This document shows, in pieces, positions 37,800 through 47,931 of a DNA stretch of 64,000 nt. The notes under the pieces are model-generated. The model searched no databases and was not told where the DNA came from. It saw only the letters and a program-made list of their open reading frames with translations. The position numbers were made by a program, and so were the translations under genes. Origin of the DNA: a virus; the IMG/VR virus record IMGVR_UViG_3300045970_000046, positions 11,120 through 75,119 of that record; one strand, written 5' to 3'. Every line of letters begins with the position of its first letter. The stretch's first letter is position 1.

Positions 37800-38162
37800 T
37801 TAGGAAACGATAGCTAAAGTAGCCTTAACAAGATACTGATCTCCGTGAATCTCCGCCAACTTCATCGTACCTTTTACGAATTGTACAGTATGCTCAGATA
37901 TTGTAGGATCGTCTACCAATAAATTGATCCGAAAAGCTGATGCCGTAAACTGGACTAACCTATAAAACGCACGAATATAATCGTATTCTTGAGCATTACA
38001 ATACCATGTAACGTCAATATGAGGCAATGTTTTATTTATAGGCTTAATTGAAGCCCTCCGGAATTTAGAGAAGCCTCCTTCAACAGCGAACTTTATTACA
38101 TCAGCCTCAAATGTAATCCTATAACCTGATTCTTCCGGTGTAAGGTCTAGGGCTATAGACAT
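37800..38162 (-). CDS. distal tail (Dit / gpM-like) protein
   Basis: directly after the tape measure; GY...GG.S.FRR...V.W...F.I.L. Confidence 0.7.
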   Translation of the reverse strand: MSIALDLTPEESGYRITFEADVIKFAVEGGFSKFRRASIKPINKTLPHIDVTWYCNAQEYDYIRAFYRLVQFTASAFRINLLVDDPTISEHTVQFVKGTMKLAEIHGDQYLVKATLAIVS

Positions 38163-41100
38163 TAGCGCTTCCGTCCAGTCGTAGTATGCGACGAGAGGGC
38201 CTTACTGACTCGACTATTAGCGTTTATAATATCTCTGGCCACAATGCTAGGTGTATGCGTCTGGACGGCGGCCAGGGCCTCTTCGCGGGCGATAATCCGA
38301 ATATCGTTCCCATTACGTTCAACACTGATATTGGAAGGTGTGTAATTCTCAATTTTCACGTTAACTTGGGTTCCGCTGGCGCCCGCCTTACCGGGGGATC
38401 CCCCACCACCCGCACCAGAGGACCCCCTATTTAGAGCCTCTAGCATTGGACGGTAGCGCCGGGTAGCCTCGGCATTAACAACATACTCCTGCCCATGGAC
38501 TAGTCCAGCTACTTCACCTGTAGGACCATCACCGGTGTAGCCACCGACCATATAACCGGTAGAGATAAGATCACGCTTTACCGTAGAAGTTGTATCTAGA
38601 GCTTGGTAAGTAGACTTATTCTGGAATGTCGAATTAGTAGACGAGCTATACGACCTGAACATCTCGGGTGTAATGGTCTTGCCCTTGTTTAGATCTTCTA
38701 AGAGAGGGCGGTTCTTTTTAGTAGCGGTGGCGTTAAGTACATACTCCTGACCGTGATAGAAGCCCGCTACACTATTAACGGGACTATCACCGGTGTAACC
38801 GCCAGACTTCATTCCAGCCCCACCGATAGCTGCTGCGATAGCCGCGGTAGAGAGCATCGATGCGTCAGCCGCTAGACCAGCCGCGCCGAAGGTCGCGATA
38901 CTCACAAGAGCTGCCGGTCCTGCCCACATGGCCCCCGTTTCGGCGGCCATGGTAGCTCCGGCTGCCGTTGCGGTCGCCATACCCATAGTGGCTATAGCCC
39001 TGTTAACGAGGAATTGTAGGCCAATCTTAATTAAGGAGCTAAGTAATTCGGCTAGGATATTACGAGATATATCACCTAACGTCTTTTCTAGGTTTTCACC
39101 GAATACAATAGCTCTTGCGAACGCCGTACCAATACCATCTATTAACTGTGTGACGGGTTTCGCAAAGGTGGAGCCTAACTGACGGGCGAAGTCAGTGGTA
39201 CGTCGGCTAAGTAGGTCGATCTGTTTAAGCATACCGTCGAAGAAGGTACCTTCTCCGGACTGTATATTAGCTTCCGCTTGTAAATCGCGGAGGTCCATCT
39301 TAACACTCTGTATCCCAGATTCCACCGCTCCCCAATCCGTTTGACCAAAGATTGGAGTAGCATACGTATTTCCGGTTTCCCAGTCGCTAACCGGATTCAC
39401 GTGACCAATTACAGGGGTGTTATCTTTAATCAACTGAGCTGTAGACTTCTCTAACACTTCTTTGTTAACCTGTTCTTGGACCTTAGGCTTTTCGGCACGA
39501 CGATTAATCGTACTATAGAGACGGTCTACTTCCTGTGCTATACGCTTATACTCGGCCCTCTCTTCCTGTAGTTTATTAATACGAGACTGGGCTGCAAGCT
39601 CATTAGTTGTAGGTACGTGGCCAAGCTCCCGTTTAAGTTTAAGCTCATCCTCCATAGCTTGAAGTAAGCCCTTACGGGCTGCGGAGGACCCCTTGTAAAT
39701 ACTAATCTCGCGTTCAAGAGCGGCTTCTAATGTCTCAAGTGGGAATAGGGCTTCCTTAGAATGTTCCACATAAGCGGCGAGTAACCTGTTACGCTCTGCC
39801 ATCGTAATAAGCGTCTCTTGTGTAACAGTACCGTCAGGTTGCACAACAGGGGCGGCGACCGGCAGGGCTGCAGAGGCGTCTAATAATCCCTTAGCTTGGT
39901 CTAGGCGGATCTGAGCTGCAAAGACAGGACTCATCTGTTTCTGAATCTCTTCTAGGCCGCGCTTGTATTCTTCAATCTTGCCTTTGTCTAAAGCAAAGAT
40001 GGGTTTCTTGGCATCTTTACTGATATCGTCCTTAGTCCCCTTATTAGCGGCGTCTGTACGGGCTTTAGCCGTCTCCCGGAACTTAGAAATAAGCCCATCT
40101 AACTGGGACATTACGCCATCGGTCCAATCCCCAATACGATCACCACTGAAGGACCAAGTCTTTAACTTCTCCATATCAGCTAAGAGTTTATCGAACGAAC
40201 CCTTAGCATTATTTTCTACTTCAAACTTAACTGGAGTAATGGTTGCCGTAGTGCCAAAGAGTTTCTTAAAGATAGCACTTTGGGCTACAGAGTTTAGCCC
40301 ATCTATAAGTGTATTTATGATAGGAGCGGCTAACTGGGCTAGGCCGCTAAGAGCTTGTGAGAAGATATCCGTGAGTACACTAGGTATGCTACGGAGTAGT
40401 AGAGGAATAAGATTAGCTACATAGTCTACACTACCCAGAATACCATTCAGGATCCCCTTAAAGATTGTTATCGTCGCCTTTGTAATCCATTCAAAGAGGC
40501 TATAAATCTTACGTTCAATAAAGACGAGTAGTTTATCCCAACCGCTCAAGGCCTCTATAGGATCGATACCCTGAGGCTTATGCGACGACATACTAGATGT
40601 TACAGAAGAGGCCTGAGGAGAAGAGGCTAGTGAAGCTCCGCTGCCCGGGGCCTGTCCTTGGACTAGAGTAGATTGTACCGTCTTAGCTATTGTATTCTGA
40701 AGAGTAGAACCGCTCGTAGGACTAGTATTATCCTTGAAAACGTCAGTCTTATAACCGGCCCTCTTATTTAGATCGCGTGTAATTAAGGCGATATAAAGCT
40801 TAGTTTCATCGGCTAATTGATCGAAGACGGTAGTTAGATCCTTAGTCTTATCTAAGAGTTTTCCACCGTTAACTTTATCGGCCCGGTTAGGTCCGCCGTT
40901 ATAACCAGCTAGGGCTTTCTCTACACTACCATCGAATTTATTTAATAGCTCACGGAGGTAAGACGTACCTCCTTCGATATTATTCTTTGGAACATTTGGG
41001 TTAACACCCAAATCCGCAGCAGTCTTTGGCATCAGCTGCATTAAGCCAATCGCTCCAACAGGTGAAAGAGCGTTTGGATTATTATTAGACTCCTGCTTCA

Positions 41101-44100
41101 TTACGGCCGCTATAAGATGTACGCTTACATCGAACTGCTTAGCCGCATCGATAATATCCTTACCGTAAGGATGACTCGTCATCGAGGCGTCGTCTTTAGG
41201 ATTATAGCCCCAAGCTACTCCCTCTTCAGAACGCGGAACAACCGACGGTACCTGTAACGCGGTGGCCACAGGCTCCGGGGCGCCGAATCCGAGCTTCTGT
41301 AAGAAGGGGAACGTATCGGATACAATCTTACCGAGTGTCCTAAATACGTCACCTAGTGTAATCCCGGCTACTTCGATATTATCCCTAAAGAGGTATAGAC
41401 CTGCGGTCAAAGCCGCTAAAGCAGCTACACTAACACCTAGCGGGTTAGCGGACATAAAGCCAAGCATACCGGAACCGACGGCTCCACCGGCTGCAGCCCC
41501 CACCGCCCCTCTAGTCGCGACTCCACCAGCCGCTGTAAGCGGTGTAACGCCCCATGCCGGTAGAGCAGAAACGGCAGCACCCTGCGCTGTTTGACCAATC
41601 AGTTTAGATATACCAGAAAGGGCCGCGGGAATGGCTAATGCGGCTAGTGCGGCGGCTACCGTACCTAGACTGGCCGCTAGTTTATCGAGGTTACCGCCTA
41701 ACCAATCGATCATCGTATTAAACTTATCGGAAATCTTATAAGCTTCGTTAATCTCTCCTACGAATTTAGTAACATTCGTAGATAGGTTGTTAAAGCCTTG
41801 AGCGAACGATCTCTGAACGGTGTCGACTTCTTTATCAAGTTGACTTGTATCTGCCAAGAAAGCCTTAAACACTACCGACGAATCGATAGTTTCTTCTTCC
41901 TTACCCTTAATAAGCTGCTTCCAGTTTAGACCACCACCACGACGATTCTGTTCTTCTACGGCCTTACGAAACATCACAATAGACTTACTACCACCCTGTA
42001 GATGATCGGCTATACCCTTTAAGATTCTAGGTGTATTTTCTGAAATCGAGTTAAACTCCTGCATACGAATCTTACCCATACCTAGCATCTGACCTAACTG
42101 TAAGAGGGAACCTCTCGCAGCGTCAGCACTGGTACCTTGAATGAGTAAGGCTTTACCGACGTTCTCTACAAATTGGATGGCCGTAGCTTGTGAAGCGCCA
42201 ACGGTTAGGGAGGCCATAGAGATACGACGGTAGAGTGTAACGACGTCGTCAAACGGTTGACGAGTACGTAAAGCGACTTGGACTAGTTCTTCCTGGACAG
42301 CCGTAGCCTCTTTAACACTTGAGGTTGAAAGTCGGACGCTGTTACTGGCGTTAATCCAACCGTCAGCCGATTGCTTTAACTCACGAATCATTAGGAAGCC
42401 CGCAAACATTTCGGCCGCCATCCGGATATACCAGAGTTGGCGAACGAAATGAGCGGCAGAACTAGTGGCCTGCTGGGCGGCCCTGGCATGAGAGTTGTAT
42501 CCGGCAGTCGTCGAAGCTAATGCCCGGCCTGTTCCGTAGATCGCGTTATTATACTGCTGGGCTGTGATTGTACCTTCCCGGTATAGACGGTTAGCGGCTT
42601 CCTGGCGAGCCGTACTAACTCCCGGCGCCGGAGAATTGTACAACGAGTTCAACTTAGCCATCTCGGCATTTAAGGCTACAACGGCCTGTCGCTCTTCGAC
42701 ACGGCTCCTAACAAGTTCCCGATTAGTATTGTTGAGAGGTTGAACTGCCTGACCCGGGGCTGTTGTAGCTTCAGCGACACGGGTATAAGCCCCTTCCATC
42801 TGGACACTACGTTGATATTCCTTATGGGAGGCTACCCCCTTAGCTAGAGCGTCACCTTCCTTATTCAAGGCGGCTACTTCACGATCTAGTTGAGCAATGT
42901 AAGCGTCGATAGAGGTAGTCGTCGCCTGTATCTCGTTTGAAAGCTTACCAGTACCGCTCATTGTAGCTTGTCCGAGTTTACCAGCCGCCGTACCAGCCCT
43001 ATCGAAATCAAGGGTTAGTTGGCCTACACCAGCAGAGGCTAGTTTGGCCGCGGTAGAGATAGTCTTAACTTCGGTGGCCACAGTACCGGCGCGAGAAGCG
43101 GCCTCTTGTAGGAAACGTTCCTGCCGGGCGGAGTCTTCCAACCATGTTACGCCGGTCGACTTATCTGTAAAGTCAAGTTGACGGGTAGTAAGTTCTTCTT
43201 TAGTCTGACCCTTCAAAGCTTGCTTATCAGCACCGGGAGCCGTCAGATTAAGACTCATCTGGGCTTTAGTTTGCGCCGCGGCTAGTTCTTCAGTAGCCTT
43301 CGTCTTCTCACGTAAGGCCCGAGCTTCCGCTAGGATACGTTGTTCCTCGATCGGAGAACCGGCAAACGCCCTACGACCAACATCACGGGAAGCTAGTTCG
43401 TCCTTAATCTCCTGATTTACATCTTTGGGCTTAGTTCCAGGGATCGTCGGAGTAGTGGGTGCGAGTCTACCACCTTGTAGATTCAACGTAAGTTGTTGAA
43501 TGTTCTCGGCAGCTTCTTTAGCCTTAAGGGCAGTACCTCCTAATTGAGCTTCCATTAGAGGCATGAAGCCTAGAGACTGTTGACCTACAGTTCCAAGCTG
43601 ACGCAGCTTAACCGAAAGTATCTCAGCCTCGTCCGTCATCCGCTTAATAGCGAAGCCACGGGAATTACGGTCTACCTCTTCGTTCCAAGGAACACCACCC
43701 GTAGCGAATTCACGCTGGGGTGGGCGCATGGCGTTAGTTGTGGCTAATTCAACTTCACGTTGCCTAACAACATCTTGATAGTGTGCTTTTGTATCCGGAG
43801 GATGAACTACTTCGGGCCGGGCAAACATATCCATTTGCCCAGTAGTACCTAAATCTTTATTAGCGACCTTTAACTGTGCCAGTAGGTCTAACTGCTTCTT
43901 AGTCTTATCCCCAAGCTGGACTAACTGGTTAGAGCACTCAGTAATAAGTGTCCTTGGTTCAACCTTAAGTAATTCCGCACGGATCTGATTTATCTTAGCT
44001 TCGTACTCCGCCATTCCTTTGTCTTTAGGAATAGGCGGAGGCTCGTCCCAAGGATCGGGAAGCTTAGGCCGAGGAACATTCGGTAGGGGTAGTTGAACAG

Positions 44101-44542
44101 GCGGTGGTACAATGACCGGGGCAGGCGCCATCTTAGCACCGAACATCTCACCCTGTTCACCCACAGCCCCCTTAAGAGTAGGGGCGGCCATCGAAGCCAG
44201 CACAGATTTAAACTGTGTGGCTAACCCCATCACACTTTCAAATTCTTTCGCCAGGCCTTCCAGGTCCTTAGTGATCTCTCCGGGGGCCTTACCCCGTAGG
44301 GAATTTAATTGATCCCGTAGTTTTCCAACCGCCGTCGAACTGGTACCTACTTGACTTGTAAGGTCGGTAAACTGTTTTCCCAGTTCCGAACCGGGCTTAA
44401 ACGAAAGGTTTTTTAGATCTCCCTGCAACTCCGATATAACCGACTGGGCCTTTTCGGCAGACTTAGCCACATCCTCGAAACTCCGCGCAACTACACGCGA
44501 ACCAGTTTCGGATATGGATATAAGAATTGTTTCGTCGGCCAT
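38162..44542 (-). CDS. tape measure protein with SLT lytic transglycosylase domain
   Basis: LLQLGQ...EFNSI.EN.P tape-measure motif; QES...SPVGAIGLMQLMP..A, YNGGP; duplicated GGYTGD...HGQEYV. Confidence 0.95.
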   Translation of the reverse strand: MADETILISISETGSRVVARSFEDVAKSAEKAQSVISELQGDLKNLSFKPGSELGKQFTDLTSQVGTSSTAVGKLRDQLNSLRGKAPGEITKDLEGLAKEFESVMGLATQFKSVLASMAAPTLKGAVGEQGEMFGAKMAPAPVIVPPPVQLPLPNVPRPKLPDPWDEPPPIPKDKGMAEYEAKINQIRAELLKVEPRTLITECSNQLVQLGDKTKKQLDLLAQLKVANKDLGTTGQMDMFARPEVVHPPDTKAHYQDVVRQREVELATTNAMRPPQREFATGGVPWNEEVDRNSRGFAIKRMTDEAEILSVKLRQLGTVGQQSLGFMPLMEAQLGGTALKAKEAAENIQQLTLNLQGGRLAPTTPTIPGTKPKDVNQEIKDELASRDVGRRAFAGSPIEEQRILAEARALREKTKATEELAAAQTKAQMSLNLTAPGADKQALKGQTKEELTTRQLDFTDKSTGVTWLEDSARQERFLQEAASRAGTVATEVKTISTAAKLASAGVGQLTLDFDRAGTAAGKLGQATMSGTGKLSNEIQATTTSIDAYIAQLDREVAALNKEGDALAKGVASHKEYQRSVQMEGAYTRVAEATTAPGQAVQPLNNTNRELVRSRVEERQAVVALNAEMAKLNSLYNSPAPGVSTARQEAANRLYREGTITAQQYNNAIYGTGRALASTTAGYNSHARAAQQATSSAAHFVRQLWYIRMAAEMFAGFLMIRELKQSADGWINASNSVRLSTSSVKEATAVQEELVQVALRTRQPFDDVVTLYRRISMASLTVGASQATAIQFVENVGKALLIQGTSADAARGSLLQLGQMLGMGKIRMQEFNSISENTPRILKGIADHLQGGSKSIVMFRKAVEEQNRRGGGLNWKQLIKGKEEETIDSSVVFKAFLADTSQLDKEVDTVQRSFAQGFNNLSTNVTKFVGEINEAYKISDKFNTMIDWLGGNLDKLAASLGTVAAALAALAIPAALSGISKLIGQTAQGAAVSALPAWGVTPLTAAGGVATRGAVGAAAGGAVGSGMLGFMSANPLGVSVAALAALTAGLYLFRDNIEVAGITLGDVFRTLGKIVSDTFPFLQKLGFGAPEPVATALQVPSVVPRSEEGVAWGYNPKDDASMTSHPYGKDIIDAAKQFDVSVHLIAAVMKQESNNNPNALSPVGAIGLMQLMPKTAADLGVNPNVPKNNIEGGTSYLRELLNKFDGSVEKALAGYNGGPNRADKVNGGKLLDKTKDLTTVFDQLADETKLYIALITRDLNKRAGYKTDVFKDNTSPTSGSTLQNTIAKTVQSTLVQGQAPGSGASLASSPQASSVTSSMSSHKPQGIDPIEALSGWDKLLVFIERKIYSLFEWITKATITIFKGILNGILGSVDYVANLIPLLLRSIPSVLTDIFSQALSGLAQLAAPIINTLIDGLNSVAQSAIFKKLFGTTATITPVKFEVENNAKGSFDKLLADMEKLKTWSFSGDRIGDWTDGVMSQLDGLISKFRETAKARTDAANKGTKDDISKDAKKPIFALDKGKIEEYKRGLEEIQKQMSPVFAAQIRLDQAKGLLDASAALPVAAPVVQPDGTVTQETLITMAERNRLLAAYVEHSKEALFPLETLEAALEREISIYKGSSAARKGLLQAMEDELKLKRELGHVPTTNELAAQSRINKLQEERAEYKRIAQEVDRLYSTINRRAEKPKVQEQVNKEVLEKSTAQLIKDNTPVIGHVNPVSDWETGNTYATPIFGQTDWGAVESGIQSVKMDLRDLQAEANIQSGEGTFFDGMLKQIDLLSRRTTDFARQLGSTFAKPVTQLIDGIGTAFARAIVFGENLEKTLGDISRNILAELLSSLIKIGLQFLVNRAIATMGMATATAAGATMAAETGAMWAGPAALVSIATFGAAGLAADASMLSTAAIAAAIGGAGMKSGGYTGDSPVNSVAGFYHGQEYVLNATATKKNRPLLEDLNKGKTITPEMFRSYSSSTNSTFQNKSTYQALDTTSTVKRDLISTGYMVGGYTGDGPTGEVAGLVHGQEYVVNAEATRRYRPMLEALNRGSSGAGGGGSPGKAGASGTQVNVKIENYTPSNISVERNGNDIRIIAREEALAAVQTHTPSIVARDIINANSRVSKALSSHTTTGRKR

Positions 44543-44552
44543 TCAAACTCCC

Positions 44553-45101
44553 TTAACGGCGGCCGCGTTTGCGGCTCGATGCTTTCGTCGGAGGCTTTAA
44601 GCCGAGGGCTTGGATAGGCGCGTCAGCTCCAAGACGTTCCGCACCGACACCCATGATCAAACTGCTCTGGCCCTTCTTACGACTACGAATAGCTTCACGG
44701 GCGTTCATCATCGCCGATTCTATGAAACCTGGAGGAGCTTGTGCTGAAGGTCTATTCGTATTAAGGTATTTGATATAGGGAGCATTATTCGTAATATAGA
44801 GTATACCGAAGCCTACGTATTTCGCAATGGTGCTATAACCCTCACTTAGAGCCTCAGAACCTCCCGCAGAACGAGAAGCTGGCTTTAAGGGCTTAGGATA
44901 TTTATACTGAGTCGGTATACTACCGAGACCAACCTGCCAGTTAGATTTAGCTCGGCTGGTGTCAACCGGTGTAGCCGTGACTAGTGTTGTAAGAACAGTT
45001 CGAGCTACGTCCTTGGTAACAGAGTCACCAAAGCGCTCGGCCCCCTTAGCATACATACGGAGCTTCTTTGCATAGTCACCAAAAGTTAGCTTATTAGCCA
45101 T
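44553..45101 (-). CDS. HK97 gp10-like tail completion protein
   Basis: TPVDT.RAK.NW, ITNNAPYI..LN, SAQAP.GF. Confidence 0.85.
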   Translation of the reverse strand: MANKLTFGDYAKKLRMYAKGAERFGDSVTKDVARTVLTTLVTATPVDTSRAKSNWQVGLGSIPTQYKYPKPLKPASRSAGGSEALSEGYSTIAKYVGFGILYITNNAPYIKYLNTNRPSAQAPPGFIESAMMNAREAIRSRKKGQSSLIMGVGAERLGADAPIQALGLKPPTKASSRKRGRR

Positions 45102-45104
45102 GAC

Positions 45105-45856
45105 CTATGCTTTAGACTCCGTCTGCTGATTCTGCCACTCGAGGTATACACCGTCTAAATGCTGGACATGAAAACTTAGATCCGCTAACTGGTCTAAATC
45201 TATATCGTAGACTTCAGCGTAACGTACGACAGCTAGCCACGGGATTGGTCCCATTCCAAACCCAATGCTACGGCAAGAAGAAAGCTCCAAGAAGGCCGTG
45301 TAGAAAAACTCTAAGCCTTCAAGGAGCTCTGGTGCATTTTTAATTCTGTCGGGTATAGGCTGCCGTGACCTATAGCACTGATCTAGTATTACTTTTTCTC
45401 TAGGTCCTAACTCAAGGGAGTAAAGGAGGACCTCGGCTAGTTTTTTGCGTCAGCCTCGAGGGCGTCAGCACGGAACAGGGCGACCTTAGCCGCACACTCG
45501 CGGATATCGGTAAATAGGTCAGGTAGATCGGTTAAGACCTTGATAATGTTCTCTTCCGTAAAGGGAAGAGCCACATTCTTACTATCCTCAACGTTTTCCC
45601 AAGCGAGGATAATAGACTTAGCGTACACCCGGCGTTGAATAGCCTGGCCAGTCTCCTCATCTAGAGTCTCCGTTTGAATCTGACGACGGAAAGCCTTAGT
45701 CTCCTTCTCGAGCACCTTAGAGAACCTGGCATTGGAACCACCGGCCCGTGCAATCTTAATACGGATCGGAAGACCCTTGCTGTTCTTACCGTACTCGAGG
45801 AAGATACCGTCCTTCTCCTGATTCTCACTGGTAGCGAATTGCTTATACAGCGACAT
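45105..45856 (-). CDS. tail assembly chaperone G/GT (short form 45437-45856; -1 frameshift extends to 45105)
   Basis: A AAA AAC slippery site at 45440-45446 before TAG; -1 frame open into GPIPW..V..YA. Confidence 0.88.
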
Positions 45857-45910
45857 TATAGTAACCGTCCGATCTCGTCAAGGTTTAGGGTGGGACTACA
45901 GTGCAGCTTG

Positions 45911-45941
45911 AAAATAGGGAGGCCCATTACCCGGGGCCTCC
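45911..45941 (-). terminator. terminator after the tail tube gene
   Basis: GGAGGCCC/GGGCCTCC stem followed by CTATTTT. Confidence 0.55.
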
Positions 45942-45959
45942 TTCGGGTTCGTACGTGTA

Positions 45960-47477
45960 CTAGCCGGCCACAGACGGAAGATACGCGAACGAAGTCATTA
46001 GGAACGTGTGGAGCAGCACGGGGTGCTGAGCCGCAGTCATGTCCAGGGGCAGTTCGATCGGCTTGTCCTGAACAACCTGCAGTTCACCGTTACCTAGAGA
46101 AATCAGCGGTAAGTCGAACACATAACCGGCGTTCTTCTTAACCATGCAGATATCGAGGGTCACGTCGGCGTTGTTACGAACCGCCTGTACACCGGCGACA
46201 TCCGCGAAGTAGGCGGTAATCTTACCGTCTACAACGAAGTTACCAGCCACGGTATCGAAACCACCTAGAGTACCGATAGCCTTAACATCCGTCACGCTGT
46301 TCGAGAGCTTGATGCTAATGTCCGTTGCGTACGCGAACAGCGCCGTAGGTGCCGGGTCGGTCGAGCTAACAAGGGCCATCTTGATACGGCTGAAGTCGCT
46401 CGAAGTGTTGAACGGATCGCTACCGCTCAGGGGCGGCCGGATACCGACCTTGATACCAGTCGTACCGTTACGCTGCTCGTTATCGAGGGCCACAAAGGCC
46501 ATCTCGGCGGTCACCTTATCGGCGGTCTTAACGTTTAGGGTGAATTCGTTAGCGCAGGCCCCGATGAGGTATTCCGACATGACGCCAATGGCGTCCGCGC
46601 CTAGGGTACGTTCGATCTGGTAGGTACGACGCTTGATTAGGTTCGGATCCGCTTCGTTCTTAACAGTCGTTCCGAAGTAAAGCTGGATGGTCTTACCGGT
46701 ACCGGCATCGCCAGTCGCAACCCAGTCGGTCTTATCTAATTCAAGGTACGCCGCGGTAATATTACGGATACGGGCGAAGCCACCACCGCTCGAGAAAGTG
46801 GTCGAGGCAATATCACCACCGATGTAGATCCACTCCCCAACAGTCAGCCGTAGATTCGACATCGTGACCGAAGCGCTAGTGACACGCGGAAGACCACCGG
46901 CCATGACAATGCTTAGGTCCCCGCTAACGAACTGGTGACCGACACACGTAACCTTAGCAGCAGCAGGAGCGTCAGCCTCGTCCGAAAGTCCGGCCGAAAC
47001 AGTAAGTAGACCACTCGCTACCGCGGTTACCGAGTGTAGACCATTATTACCGGCCACACTGAAGCCTTCGAAGAATACAAGGTCCCCAACAGTAAAGACA
47101 TCAAGACCGGACGAAGCGGCTACGGTGTGAGCGGCCCCGTTGATGGAACCTAAGTCCACGGCCGTAGTATTCAGCGGCATCGTGGTGGCCTTCTCATGGG
47201 CATCCGCGAACAGGAAGCCCTGCATAAGGCGCAGCGTGTTCAGCTGGGTAAGGTCCTGCTCGAAAGCGCCAGAAGCCGTAAGGTCGGTCACAGTACCCTT
47301 TTGCTGCTGGCGGGACTGGGAGATCGGCTTACGGGCGATGGTGGTCAACTTACCACCGAAGTTAGTGTACTTGTTCGGCTCGAGCGGGAACCAGACAGGC
47401 GACCCGGGCAGAACCTTTAAGGTAGATTCTTCGGCGTACCGAAGACCTGTAACGTTTGAATCGATTTTGACGGCCAT
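45960..47477 (-). CDS. major tail tube protein
   Basis: SNVTGLRYAEE, R.PI..SRQ..KG..TDL.ASG; upstream of the chaperone. Confidence 0.88.
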   Translation of the reverse strand: MAVKIDSNVTGLRYAEESTLKVLPGSPVWFPLEPNKYTNFGGKLTTIARKPISQSRQQQKGTVTDLTASGAFEQDLTQLNTLRLMQGFLFADAHEKATTMPLNTTAVDLGSINGAAHTVAASSGLDVFTVGDLVFFEGFSVAGNNGLHSVTAVASGLLTVSAGLSDEADAPAAAKVTCVGHQFVSGDLSIVMAGGLPRVTSASVTMSNLRLTVGEWIYIGGDIASTTFSSGGGFARIRNITAAYLELDKTDWVATGDAGTGKTIQLYFGTTVKNEADPNLIKRRTYQIERTLGADAIGVMSEYLIGACANEFTLNVKTADKVTAEMAFVALDNEQRNGTTGIKVGIRPPLSGSDPFNTSSDFSRIKMALVSSTDPAPTALFAYATDISIKLSNSVTDVKAIGTLGGFDTVAGNFVVDGKITAYFADVAGVQAVRNNADVTLDICMVKKNAGYVFDLPLISLGNGELQVVQDKPIELPLDMTAAQHPVLLHTFLMTSFAYLPSVAG

Positions 47478-47478
47478 G

Positions 47479-47931
47479 TTATTTCACCTCTGAGTAGGAA
47501 AAACCGGCTTCCGCATTCATCTGAAACCAACCATTTTCTGGACCTATCTCTACGACGTGACAATTACGGAACCAGATGCCATTTGGTGAAGCCTTTCCTT
47601 CAAAGGCATCTTTGGCTATAGTAGCTAAACCTTCAGCAATTGTCAAACTTTTTCCGCTCCCTGATGGACCGAAACACTGCACATAAAGGATCCCTTGATA
47701 TTCGTAAAGTCGGCTACCAACCGGTCCTAACGCAACCTGCCTACCAGACGTATGAATCAGTAGAGCTTTCGCGTAGGGGATACCAGCCGGTGGAGTATTG
47801 GTATATTCTACACCCTGCCAGTAGATCTCGGGAGCAATAGATTGATGCGGTAGGTTAAACGGTGGGGCATATAGCTCCCAGTCTAACTTAAGCATCGTAA
47901 AGATTTCGTCACGGGCCTCAGCCGACGTCAT
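47479..47931 (-). CDS. tail terminator
   Basis: G.L.VQ.FGP.G.G, WFRN...EIG...GWFQ.N. Confidence 0.82.
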   Translation of the reverse strand: MTSAEARDEIFTMLKLDWELYAPPFNLPHQSIAPEIYWQGVEYTNTPPAGIPYAKALLIHTSGRQVALGPVGSRLYEYQGILYVQCFGPSGSGKSLTIAEGLATIAKDAFEGKASPNGIWFRNCHVVEIGPENGWFQMNAEAGFSYSEVK

